From Heteronotia binoei (taxonomy: Eukaryota): a stretch of 64,000 nt of DNA. Every line of letters begins with the position of its first letter. Position 1 is the first letter of the stretch. A program made the position numbers and the translations under genes. Below the pieces are notes generated by a model that was not told where the DNA came from, did not search any database, and saw only the letters and a list, made by a program, of their open reading frames with translations. Shown piece by piece: positions 21,798-33,367 of this stretch. The stretch is taken from contig NC_083239.1 of the NCBI RefSeq assembly GCF_032191835.1, forward strand, positions 40,114,001 through 40,178,000, read 5' to 3'.

Positions 21798-24700
21798 AGA
21801 TTTGTTTTGAGGAGACGCAACAGATGCTATGCAGAAAATCTGGTGCATCTGCCTAAAAAAACCAGCCCTCCAGAGCCCCAGATACCAGTAAATAAATTCT
21901 CCTTTGTATCTTATGGGAGCTGGTTTCCATAGGGAATAATGGAGTGCCCAGCAGACATTCCCCCCCCCCTCTTTCTGATGACCCTGAAGTAGGGAGCGGG
22001 GATGAAGTGGACCCTGAAATGAGGGATCCCCTGCTCCCAGCTGGGGATTGGTAACCCTAGCCAGGGAAACCTGAAAGTGAGAGCACCTGGGCAGGGCAGG
22101 GCGTGGAGAAGAATGCACCCTGCTTGGCTGCTCTTGCTTTCAAGGCGAGAGCAGCCGGGCGGAGTGCATTCTCCTCTGAGCCCAGCTTCCCTTGTGAGGG
22201 AAGTCAGGCTCGGAGAGTGCTGCCGATGCGCCGTCTAGCAGCTCTCAGCCAAGAGTGGCAGGCAGGGGGCGCCCCATAGGTGAGGTGACACCCCAGGCCA
22301 CTGCCTTCCTTGCCTGCTCCCATGCACCGGCGATGGGTCCTGCCACCCCAGACAAAGACGCCTGCCCCTCGTGGTGGTGTTCACATTGCTGCTGCGCACC
22401 ACCTCTTTCGCCTGCCCAGGACCCAGGCTGGTGAAGGAGGTGGCGGGGCACCTCTCCACCACTTGGAGGCTGCCTTCCTTTGCAAAGGAAGGCAGCCTCT
22501 GAGCGGTGCGCATGTTGCCATCACCTCTTTTGCCTGCCCAAGACCCAGGCAGGCCCAGTGGTAGGGCTTCAGGCACCCCAGGGTGGCACCTGCCCCGCTC
22601 CTCCCCACCCACGCCTGCCCTGCTGCCGCACTCTCATCCATGGGGAGAGCAAGCTATGTGGCATGGAAGGAGGGCTGGGCGGGCTCTGGTTGAGCCAGGC
22701 CTGCGCAGTGCACTCTTGGAGGCGTGCAGCACCTCTGAAAGCAAGCTGCTGAGGCGTTCTCCTCTGAGCTGCCTTGTCTGGCTGCTGGGGTGTGTGTGTG
22801 CGCGCGCGCGCGTTCTTGTCCAGCTTGAAGGAGAGCACACACCATTGCGCCTCACACCTAACGACTTCCTGAATCAGTGCCCTTGCAAGGACGGGGCTTT
22901 GGGGAGGAGTTTGAAAACTCGGAGGAAAACTAGACGTACAGCTTTAGATCCGAATCTGCAGGAAACCCCAGTTCAAAAGGGGTCTTGTAAAGTGAAGAGC
23001 AACTCTGTGGTGAAAATGCTCTTGATACCAAGTCAAGAAAGTCGATGTAAACTACTCCGAAAAATCCAAAGCAGGACAGAAGCGACGGCTGTATGCAATG
23101 TAAACTAACACTTTTCAAAGTGCACCAAAAGAGAATCTTCTGCCCATTGTAAAATCAGCCAGCGTGAGACTGCTGCCAAAGGTGATTCAGACTACACAAT
23201 GTCTGGATGGAACTCAGCAGTTGGAATGATATCTCCTGATCGCGGTGTTGGAAACAGGTCTGGGGTCACCACCAGGACCTCCCCTTAGTCCCAAATCAAT
23301 TGACCAAACTGAGTTGTTCGAAGAGAGGCAAAGAGCTTTTATTGCAACAAAAGCGGAAGACTGCTTTAGCAAGCCAGCAAGTTCCTCAGTTTCACACAAC
23401 TAGTCATAGCTTTTTCTACATGCTGCATTTTACTGGTAACTTACTGTGATTGGTTAGATGTTGTCAAAGGGCATATTCCATCACACGCACATCTACTCTT
23501 GTCTTGGCAGGGTCATCGAATATGGACTTCCTGTCTGTTGTTTTTCTGTTATTCACTCAGTGATCTTTTGCTTTGCCGTTTGACCCTTCAGTGCTCCTAG
23601 TGTGACCTTTCAGCTACCTGCTTTGAGAGCCAGTTTGGTGTAGTGGTTAAGTGTGCGGACTTGATTCCGCATTCCTCCACTTGCAGCTGCTGGAATGGCC
23701 TTGGGTCAGGCATAGCTCTTGTAGGAATTGTCCTTAAAGGGCAGCTGATGTAAGAACTCCCTCAGCCCCATCTACCTCACAGGGTGTCTGCTGTGTGTGT
23801 GTGTGGGGGGGGGGGGAAGGTAAAGGAGATTATGACTCTGAGATTTAGAGTATAGAGTGGGATATAACTCCAATATCCTCTTCCTCCTCCTCCTTCTTCC
23901 TCCTAGATGTTCCTGTCATGTAGGCCTGTGGCTTCTCCTCACAGACTATTATAGCAACACCCGTCGCCCTATTCAGAGCCAGTGTCTATCAAAACAGGAA
24001 ACTTTAGCTCACTTGTTTTACCGTTTACTCTTCATCTTGGTTTCTGTGGTTAGCTAAACAGTCCCGCTAACGAGCCTTTGCACCTAGTAAGTGTTAACAT
24101 GATAATTTGGTTGAATAAACTCTTGCTTTCTATATTAGATCTATTATGCAGCAAAACCATAATTTGGTTTCCTATTAGACTTTACACTCCACCTCCCAGC
24201 TACTTCCCTCAGTGGCAGGGAATAAAAAAAATGCTGATCTCCACAGATCTTTGTAAAAAAACCTTCCTTAACATGAAACCTTAATGTGTACATTAGCTCA
24301 AGAGGGGGGACCCCAAACTAGCGGGTGCTCCCAGGTCTTTTAAGACTCTGAAGTGGAAATCCTCCCTCAGAGTAGCATATTGGTCAGACGGGGACCGATT
24401 TCCCACTCACCATACCATATACCTCACGTTTCTCTTCCAAGTGGGGCTTCCTTCCGAACTCACATTATCTGCCCCTGGGCTGCAAATAACATCAGGCAAA
24501 CAGAAACTGGTTTTTAGAGGATTCTCAGTTCAGCTACTAGATGGCAGCAAAGTTCTTTCTTATTTGAATTTTATAGCTTTCACCAGATGCGACTGTTGGA
24601 TCCATCAGAAGCTTTGTAGTGCAGGGAAAGAAGGAGAAGGCAGGGCATTTTACTCCAACATGGGGAAGCTCTGGGGTTGCTAAGATAAGGCTGGCTTCCT

Positions 24701-24943
24701 ACCCTCTTTAAGGGGGGCATCTGTGTAGGAAGGATAACTGTACGGTTAGTGCTTTGTCTGTAAACTGGAGGGGTTAAGTGTGCGGCATGACTCTGGCTCA
24801 CACATAAATTATAACTGTCCAAAGCAGGGCTGGCCAAACTGTGGCTTGGGAGCCACATTTGGCTCTTTCATACATGTTGCGTGGCTCTTGAAGCCCCCAC
24901 TTGCCCGGCTTGGAGAAGGCACCTTAATAGCTATATTATATAT

Positions 24944-25218
24944 AGAAGAAGATATTGGATTTATATCCCGCCCTCCACTCCGAAGAGTCTCAGAGCGGCT
25001 CACAATCTCCTTTACCTTCCTCCCCCACAACAGACACCCTGTGAGGTGGGTGGGGCTGGAGAGGGCTCTCACAGCAGCTGCCCTTTCAAGGACAACCTCT
25101 GCCACAGCTATGGCTGACCCAAGGCCATGCTAGCAGGTGCAAGTGGAGGAGTGGAGAATCAAACCCGGTTCTCCCAGATAAGAGTCCGCACACTTAACCA
25201 CTACACCAAACTGGCTCT
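24944..25218 (-). mobile_element. tRNA-derived SINE (Squam3-like), young subfamily
   Basis: Near-identical to the copies at 54727, 56963 and 58311. Confidence 0.75.
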
Positions 25219-27545
25219 GGAGTTGCTTTCTCCAAAGGGGTAAAAGGCTTGGTGGAGCCTTTTCTCTCTCTGCCTCTCAGAAACTATCATCTTATCTCTG
25301 TTGTTTGGTAAGAGGCTGAAGTCCCCTTAATATTGAAAGCAAAACTCAGTTTGTTTATCAGGTCAAATCTCTTGGCATACCTCCCCACCCCAGCAACAGT
25401 GGCGTGATTTCCCATAACCAGCGTGAGTTTTTGTCAGCCACTGCATCTATTGTCTGGGGCTGCCCATTAGACACACCATTTCCTTCCTTATCCCAAACAC
25501 AAACATTTGTTGCTGCGAATAAACATCTCAAAAGATGAAGCAGGCTTTCAAGAAAAGAATCAATAGTAAGAAAACGGTGCAAAAGATTACAATTCTACTC
25601 ACAAGACACCCTCATCCCTGGCTGCCTGCTAGGATTGCCAGGTTGCCAACTCAGGGTGGGAAATTCCTGGAGCACTGGTAAGGTTGCTGGGTCCAACTCA
25701 AGGAATATTTGGGGGCTTCAGGGGGTGGAGCCAGGAGACTTTGGGGGTGGATCCGGGAGCAAGGGTGTGACAAGCACAACTGAGCTCCAGAGGGAGTTCT
25801 GGCCATCACATTTAAAGGGACTGCATGCCTTTTACATGCCTTCCCTCCATTTGGAAATAATGAAGAATAGGGGCACCTTTTGGGGGGCTCACAGACTTGG
25901 ACCCCCTGATTCAGTCTGTTTGAAACTTTGGGGATGTCTTGAGGAGAGGCACTGGATGCTATGCTAAAAAATTGGTGCCTCTACCTCAAAAGACAGACTC
26001 CCCAGAGCCCCAGAATCTCACAGATCAATTTTAAATCATAGCCTATGGGAATCCGTATCCACAGGTAATAATGGAGTGCCCAGCAGACAATTCCCTCTCC
26101 CCTCCCTGCTTTCTGACGACCTTGATGGAAGTAAGGTTTTATGATGACCATTATAATTCAGGAAGCATTTTAAGGTAGATGCTGAGCTGATGTAATCGAG
26201 TCCACCTTCCGGTGATGTCAGGGGTGTGTGGCATATGCAAACGAGTTGTGCTAATGAGCTCCGGCACCTCTTTTTCTACAAGACACTCCTGCTTTTGAGA
26301 TGCTTTTAATGTGGCCACGCTAGATATTAGGCAAGTGACTTGTGAACACATCCTTTTATTTTTAGTTTGAGCCCATAATATGACAATACATCGGTCATTT
26401 TACTGCAACTCCAGCTGATGGCATCAGAACAAATTGGTGTTGTGGAGAGACTGAACCAGATGGATTAGAGCACAGCATAGATAAGAAAGGAATGAAATAT
26501 CTGTTCATGCCAACCATAAAAAGCAAACAGAACAGGCCAATAAAGTGGGAAAGCCCCAGAAGATAGGTGCAGTGGCTGACAGAAACTCATTCTATTTATG
26601 GGAAATCACCACTGTTTCTGGGAGGGGCCAAGTCAGGAACTTTCAGTGCAGCCCTCTGATATATGAGCTCATTTATTGCTTTCATTCTTAGAGAGACTTC
26701 AGCTTTTTATCAAACAACAGAAAAAAGATCATTGCTTCATCTCTCCTCAAGGCAACCCTGGACTGTAAACAGTAGGTAAACTTTTCCCGGTTATCAGCCT
26801 TCTTATTTCCATAGTGTCTGCCTGCCTTGTGAAGGAATTATTATCAGATCAAGGTGCGGCTACAATTCTTCTAGTGCAGACATTTATTTTAAAAGTTTTG
26901 TAGAATGCAGCCATCAGGGTTGCCGTTTATCAGCCAACACTGGCATGGGAGATGTTTAATCTTTGGCAAGGAAAGGAAAGGTCCCCTGTGCAAGCACCAG
27001 TCGTTTCCGACTCTGGGGTGACGTTGCTTTCACGACGTTTTCACGGCAGACTTTTTACGGGGTGGTTTGCCATTGCCTTCCCCAGTCTTTTGCAAAGGCC
27101 ACTCTAAACAGGTACATGCAAGCTTTCTCCAAAGGGGTAAAAGAGGCTTGGTGGAGCCAGTGGCAGACTGGCCAGGGTGTCAGCTTGCCCAATGGCAAGT
27201 GGCCCCCTGATGAAGTGGGCCCCCTTAAACATTAGACAATATGTTAAAAATGTTAATGACCTTTTAGTAGCTTGAAAATATAATAGAAGTTTCAGTATTA
27301 TTACTGTAATGCAACTAAAATTTACATTGTATTTAGGAGGGCCAGCCTCCAGGAGGGGCCTGGGCTCTCCTGCTTTTCCAGCTGATCTCCAGCTGGCAGA
27401 GATCAGCTTCCCTGGAGAAAATGTAGTCTGTATTTACATTTAGGATCTACTGCATACTAACGGTAATATGTACAATGTATGTTCACTGTAATTACTAAAA
27501 ATATATATTCCGCAAAAGTTTTCATTGTACCTTTTCCCCACTTCT

Positions 27546-27687
27546 GGGCTGTGATCATACATATTAAATAATGCACTTTCAATCCACTTTCAGTGCACTT
27601 TTCAACTAGACTTTACTGTGTGAACTGGCAAAATCCAGTTGGAAAGTGCATTGAAAGTGCCTTATTTAGTGTATGTGATCACAGCCC
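27546..27687. repeat. Palindromic MITE-like element
   Basis: TIRs gggctgtgatca / tgatcacagccc, with the imperfect inverted arms continuing inward. Confidence 0.6.
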
Positions 27688-30239
27688 TGTATTTTTTTAT
27701 ATTTATTTCTTACAAAAATTAAATGATAGCCTAATATTTGTGAGTGGGTCCCTTATATCTCCTGGCAACCAATATTTTTAGAACCAGTCTGCCAGTGGGT
27801 AGAGCAAAAGACAATATTTGGTGTGAAAATGGTGTAGTGAGAAAATCTAAAGGTAAACACCTCCCCACCCCACAATTACTCTTTTCTTTTAAAATCATAG
27901 CATTGTGTGAAATCAAAAACTGTCTGCAAAAAGAAATGAGTCTCAGCCTTTGTGACATTCAGAACAATTTTTCTCCTTGGCAACCGTTTTAGACTTCATT
28001 TGGGAGCGTCAAATTCACAGCCCAGTTGAGAAGGTGCTGTAGTTACTGCCTAGAACTAAGATGATAGAGCCATCAGGCACAGGGTTGCCAACTCTGGGTT
28101 GGAAAATTCCTGGCGATTTGGGGATGGAGCCTGGGGAGGGGAAGGTTTGGGGGGCAGAGGGACCTTAGTGGGATATAATCCCTTAGGTTTCACCCTCCCA
28201 AACTGCCATTTTTTTTCTCCAGGGGAACTGATCTATGTAGTCTGAAGATCAGTTGTAATTCTGGGAGATCTCCAGCCCCCACCTGTAGGCTGACTCACCT
28301 GGGCAGGGGTATTCTTCAATTGAGTTGAGTGAAGGACTTTGTGATGTCTTTTAGTCTCAGACTTCAGAGTTGGGACTATAGAGCCAGACAGATAGACAGG
28401 TCAGGAGGAACCCTGTGTACCCTTTCTTCCCTTTTAAGGTGTAGATTGTTGCTCTGAGGGAATTTTTTCCCCCTTCGTTCCAGCTCATATCTTCTCTTTC
28501 TTCTCCATCTTGCTACCATAAAAGCAGGACACACGTTTCTACCTATGCATTCATCCTAGTTTAGTTAGCTAGTTTAGAATGGTATTTCTAGCCTGGGCTT
28601 TTCCTCACGGGCTTTTTCTGTGCGTTTTCTGCAGAGATTTTTGTGCCTTTAGTTTTCACTTTAGGATTTTTGTTTCCCCCCCACGTATTTTGAGACCACT
28701 CTTACCTAGAGTTGCCAGGTCTGGGTTGGAAAATACCTGGATACTTTGGGAGTGGAGCGGCGAGAGGGTGGGGTTTGGGGGAGGGGAGGGGCCTCAGCAA
28801 GGTCCAATGCCATAGAGTCCACCTTTCCAAGCAGCCATTTTCTCCAGGGGTTACAAACATTAGGGTTTTAGTGTGCAACAGGCAACAACATAAAGAACCA
28901 CTGAAATATCATGAGTGCAAATAAGCCTCCGTGTCAATTTTAAGCACACAAAAACTATTTACTGTGACACCAAAATTTTAACAAGTATATCCTATCACAT
29001 TGAAAACACAATTACTGTTCCTTTCACCGAAGTAGAGCTTCAAGGACACAGTCTCTCTTGCTTCCATGGTGACTTGTTTCTTGTGTTCAGTTTGGTCCCG
29101 CGGGTACCAAAAATGAAAAGGTCACTTCTTTAAAGCCAAATGAAGATAAGAGACTGCAGTAATGACAACAAATGGACACACCTTCTGGTAGAGCCTTTGG
29201 GACTTGAGAATGGAAACTCAAACTTACAATCAGAAAATGAAACGTTATAAAGCTGTCAACAAATGTGAGAACTGAGTTGGAGCCCAGTGGCACCTTTAAC
29301 ACTAACGAAGTGGTGTCTATAGCCCCCTTCACAGTGCCTTCTTACTTTTTGATATTTTTTCAGACACTAGAGTTTCTGGGGTTACACAGACACAAACAAA
29401 TATTTCTCTGACATCAGAAATGGTTTTTTTTTTTTGCTAGGGGGTAGGATGGGGTATAAATTGAGATGAGGAGGAAGAAGGAGGAGCAGGATATTAGTAT
29501 TGAGTTATATCCCGCCCTGTACTCTGAATCACAGTGGCTCACAATCTTTTACCTCCCCCCACCCCCAACAGACACCCTGTGAGGTAGGTTGGGCTAAGAG
29601 AGCTCTTACAGCAGCTGCCCTTCCAAGGACAACTCCTACGAAAGTAATGATTGACCCAAGGCCATTCCAGCAGCTGCGTGGAGAAGTGGGGAATCAATCC
29701 GGTTCTCCCAGCTAAGAGCCTGCGCACTTAACTACTGCACCAAACTGGATGTCACCAACTACATGTTGGGTTCAATATATGTTACAGTTACAGCTGCTGT
29801 TGATACCTAAATCATTCAGTTTTCACTTATACGCAGAAATCAAACTTTCATTTCATTTCATGTATTCCACATATCCTGCCCTACCCACAACATGGGCTCA
29901 GGATGGCTCACATCATAAAACCATCAGCAGCAAAACACTGGTTAATATGCGTATTGACATCTAGCCTCTGGTGGGAGAAGCTCAATTAGCATTTCTAAGA
30001 AGCTGAGGTTGTAAAGTCATTCACTGACTTTGCAGCTCAGAGGGGAAAAAACACATAGCCTTTATCACCCCATTCATGCCTTTGAAGCCCCAAGTCCTGT
30101 GTTGGTTAGTTTACGCCTATGGGTCCAACCCATATCGGATGATTTTTAGTATCAAGTAACACATCTAGAGTTCCAGTCATAGGATGTGACATGTAGTTCA
30201 GCCCTAATGCAAAGATTAAATTGTAAAGTTACATATTAT

Positions 30240-30420
30240 CAGGGGGGTTTTTTGAAGCAAAAACTCCTTTGTATATTAGGCCACACACCCTGATGTAGGC
30301 AATCTTCCAAGAGCTTACAGGGCTCTTCGTTCAGGGCCTACTGCAAGCTCCAGGATTGGCTATATCAGAAGTGAGTGGTCTAAAATGCAAAGGAGTTCCT
30401 GCTACAAAAAAAAGCCCTGC
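30240..30420. mobile_element. Palindromic MITE with tttgcat and ccaat motifs (other copies near 58660-58845 and 62130-62330)
   Basis: aactcctttg(t/c)atattaggccacac...atgcaaaggagttcctgctacaaaaaaagccc inverted structure, multicopy in the window. Confidence 0.6.
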
Positions 30421-30610
30421 GTATTATTTAAGAAAAAAATCTGGATTTCCAAGTATGACCCTTGGATGGACAGCAGAATTTAAGTTTTTGTGTCTAGTTG
30501 GTTGTTTTTTTTATTTTGTAAAACTGTCCCATAATTTCCAATGCAAAGTGATTATTTTAGGGTTTTCTTTTGCCATCCTAATTGTTTATTTCTCCCCTTT
30601 TATAGGAAAA

Positions 30611-31909
30611 ATGTCACTCTCCAAACAGCTGGAGTCTCTTGTAGATGAATTAAGCAACTTCGCCTGGAACTCAACCCCACAAAAATATTACAATGTAATA
30701 AACCAGATAATTGAGCTGTTCAAAGATGGAGGAAAGGATGAAATAGTTTCTGAAGCAGAAGAATACCTAAAAATTTGGGAAAGCACGGACCTTAACATTG
30801 CTGTCACCGGAGAGGCAGGAGCTGGGAAATCTCTCTTCATCAATACTATGCTGGGATTGAGTCCTGGTGATGTGGGTGCTGCTCCCATAGGAGTAACGGA
30901 GACAACACAGAAGCCAGATGCTTATTTTCCTCCTAACTTCCCCAATGTGACCTTCTGGGACCTTCCAGGAATTGGAACCCCAGGATTTCCTCCAGAAACA
31001 TACCTTAAACAAGTAAATTTCCACCGTTATGACTTCTTTATCATTATATGCTCAAAGCGGTTCCATTCCACTGATGTTCAGCTAGCTCAAGAGATCGAGG
31101 CCATGGGCAAGAAGTTTTATTTCGTCCGTTCCAAAGTGGATGAAGATTTGAGAAATTCAAAGAGGGCCAATCCTAGGAAATACAGTAAAGAAAAGGTCTT
31201 AAAAGAAATCAAGGATGACTGCAAAAAGAATCTGGAGAAGCACTTGGAGAAGCAGTCCAACCATCAGATCTTCCTGATTGACTGTTGGGATCTTGAGAAG
31301 TTTGACTTCCCTTCCCTGCTAGAGACTTTGGAGGAAGATCTGCCCACCTTGAAGAGTCTGACCTTTGTGCTCAGCCTTCCCAACTGCTCCCCTGAGGTCA
31401 TACAGAAGAAGAAAAAGGCATTGAAGAAACAGTTATGGAAACAAGCTCTAGTTTCTGCTTTCATCAACGCTGTGCCCATCCCAGCCCTTACAATATGTTG
31501 TGATACTGCTTACATAGTGAAGACCATGCTTGGCTTCTACAAGCAGTTTGGGTTGGATGACAGCTCCCTAACTCGATTGGCCTGCTGGATGAAGAAGTCA
31601 GTTGAAGAGCTGAAGGCTGTGATTCAGTCACCACCTGCAAAAGACGTTGGCACAAATCTCTTGGTGAAGGCATTTGGCTCTGTAGTGGGAGGAATACTGA
31701 GCTTTGCTTTTCGCACAAAACGTCTTGTTGCAAGTGGGGTTGCAAGTGGGGTGCTTTCCTTCGTAGCCACATACTACATACTCTCCAAGTTCTTAGATGA
31801 AGCGGCTGAAGATGCTGAAAGAGTTCTCACGATAGCCCAAGAGCACGCCGAGGCAGGAGCTCCGTCTGCCGAAACTCACCTTAAAAGCCAGAAAATCAAA
31901 GTACAATAA
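30611..31909 (+). CDS. Immunity-related GTPase (IRG/p47, IIGP1/IRGC-like, GKS type), 432 aa, single coding exon
   Basis: Acceptor tccccttttatag| at 30605, ATG 30611. G1 GEAGAGKS, G3 DLPGIGT, YDFFII, G4 RSKVD, full C-terminal helical region (LSLPN...KKKKALKKQLW...FGLDDSSL...ATYYILSKFLDEAAEDAERVL). Confidence 0.9.
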   Translation: MSLSKQLESLVDELSNFAWNSTPQKYYNVINQIIELFKDGGKDEIVSEAEEYLKIWESTDLNIAVTGEAGAGKSLFINTMLGLSPGDVGAAPIGVTETTQKPDAYFPPNFPNVTFWDLPGIGTPGFPPETYLKQVNFHRYDFFIIICSKRFHSTDVQLAQEIEAMGKKFYFVRSKVDEDLRNSKRANPRKYSKEKVLKEIKDDCKKNLEKHLEKQSNHQIFLIDCWDLEKFDFPSLLETLEEDLPTLKSLTFVLSLPNCSPEVIQKKKKALKKQLWKQALVSAFINAVPIPALTICCDTAYIVKTMLGFYKQFGLDDSSLTRLACWMKKSVEELKAVIQSPPAKDVGTNLLVKAFGSVVGGILSFAFRTKRLVASGVASGVLSFVATYYILSKFLDEAAEDAERVLTIAQEHAEAGAPSAETHLKSQKIKVQ

Positions 31910-32220
31910 ATTTTTAACAAATCCTGAATATAAAATAAATTTCCAGTTCACCCCAAGGAGGAAAAGTTGGATGTTGTGACTCAAATAAATGGGTTTTGCA
32001 GATATTTTCCTAAATTAGGTTGTGGGGGCAGAGCGTGTGATAAGATTTTCTCTGTAGGTTAGACCCCCCAATGTTTCTAGTTTTAGCTTGCTTCTGTTAT
32101 AAACATAAGTATAGTTATATGGAGGCTGGTCCTATGGTCCAGAGTCCAGGCCAGGGCTTTTTTTGAGCAGCAATACATAGGAATGCAGTTCCAGATGGCT
32201 TGGTGTCAGGGGGTGTGGCC

Positions 32221-32951
32221 TAGGGTTGCCAAGTCCAATTCAAGAAATATCTAGGGACTTTGGGGGTGGAGCCAGGAGTCTTTGGAGGTGGAGCCAGGAG
32301 ACATTGGGGGAGGAGCCAGGAACAAGGGTGTGATAAGCATAATGGAACTTCAAGAGAGTTATAGCCATCACATTTAAAGGGACAGCACACCTTTTTAAAT
32401 GTCTTCCTTCCATAGGAAATAATAGATAGGGGCACCTTCTTTTGGGGCTCATAGAATTGGACCCTCTGGTCTAATCGTTTTGAAACTTGGGGGGTACTTT
32501 GGGGAGAGGCGCTAGATGCTATACTGAAAATTTGGTGCCTCTACCTCAAAAAACCGCTCCCCCAGAGCCCCCGAAACCTCCAGATCAATTCTCCATTATA
32601 CCCTATGAGAAACGATCTCCACATAGGGAATAATGAAGTGCTCAGCAGACGTTCTCCCCCCCAGCCGCCCCCCCTCCCTGTTTCTGGCAACTCTGAAGTG
32701 AGTCAGGAGTTGCAGCCAGTACATGTCAAAAGCAAAAGCCTACTCACAAGTTGCAGCCAACTTCTTCCAAGTAATACAGACACCCCATCCCAAGAGGAAG
32801 CCTTTCCAATCGGATACTGGAGCCTCCAGAGGGGGTAAGTCACATGGTGGCTTTGGGGGCAGGGCTTCCTCCGCTGGCCAGCTGACTGGGGGCGAGAAGC
32901 AGCCTGGGAAAGTGGAAGAACCCCCGCTGGGACCTGGGGTTGGCAAGCCTA
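32221..32951 (+). mobile_element. Non-autonomous hAT element (TAGGGTTGCC family, extended variant) inserted in a palindromic MITE
   Basis: TIRs tagggttgcc / ggcaagccta; TSD gtgtggcc / gtgcggcc. Confidence 0.75.
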
Positions 32952-33093
32952 GTGCGGCCTAATGTGCAAATAAGATCCTGCTGGGCTTTTTCTACCAAAA
33001 AAAAGGTCCTGGTCCAGGCTAAGATGGCTTCCATAAAATCTGAATTACAACAGAATAACTAGTTTGGCTATTAGTAGTGTGGCACCAAAATCA

Positions 33094-33367
33094 TGGGCTT
33101 TTTCACATTCTCATTTTACTTGCTGGTGACTTCCTGTTTCTTGGGGAGGGGGGAGGTCTGCTCCACATGTGTTTTGCTCCTTCTAGTGATCAATTTGATA
33201 TCACACCAATTTATTTCCAGCAGATTTAAACTGCAGGGAGATATAAACCTGTGGGATATTGAATCGACCGCTAGAAGAAGCAAAACACACATGGAACAGA
33301 TTCCCCCCCCCCCCCACAAAGAAATAAGAAATTACCACTGAGTAAAATGAGAATGCAAAAAAGCCCA
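33094..33367. repeat. Long imperfect palindrome (foldback/MITE-like)
   Basis: ~125-bp arms: tgggctttttcacattctcattttact... pairs with ...agtaaaatgagaatgcaaaaaagccca, with a short spacer. Confidence 0.65.

Noticed and set aside
22900-23400. Coding-like segment after a (GT)n(GC)n tract
   Set aside because: Multiple stops and no motif I recognise; the Z-DNA-prone tract at ~22789-22812 is a common microsatellite.
26690-26780. Possible extra IRG 5' exon
   Set aside because: Has AG/GT borders but an in-frame TAG before the stronger donor, and no paralogous support.
30356-30610. 85-codon N-terminal extension of the 517-aa IRG ORF
   Set aside because: Starts at TTG inside a palindromic MITE and runs through a polypyrimidine tract and acceptor at 30605; intronic read-through. 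The real start is ATG 30611.
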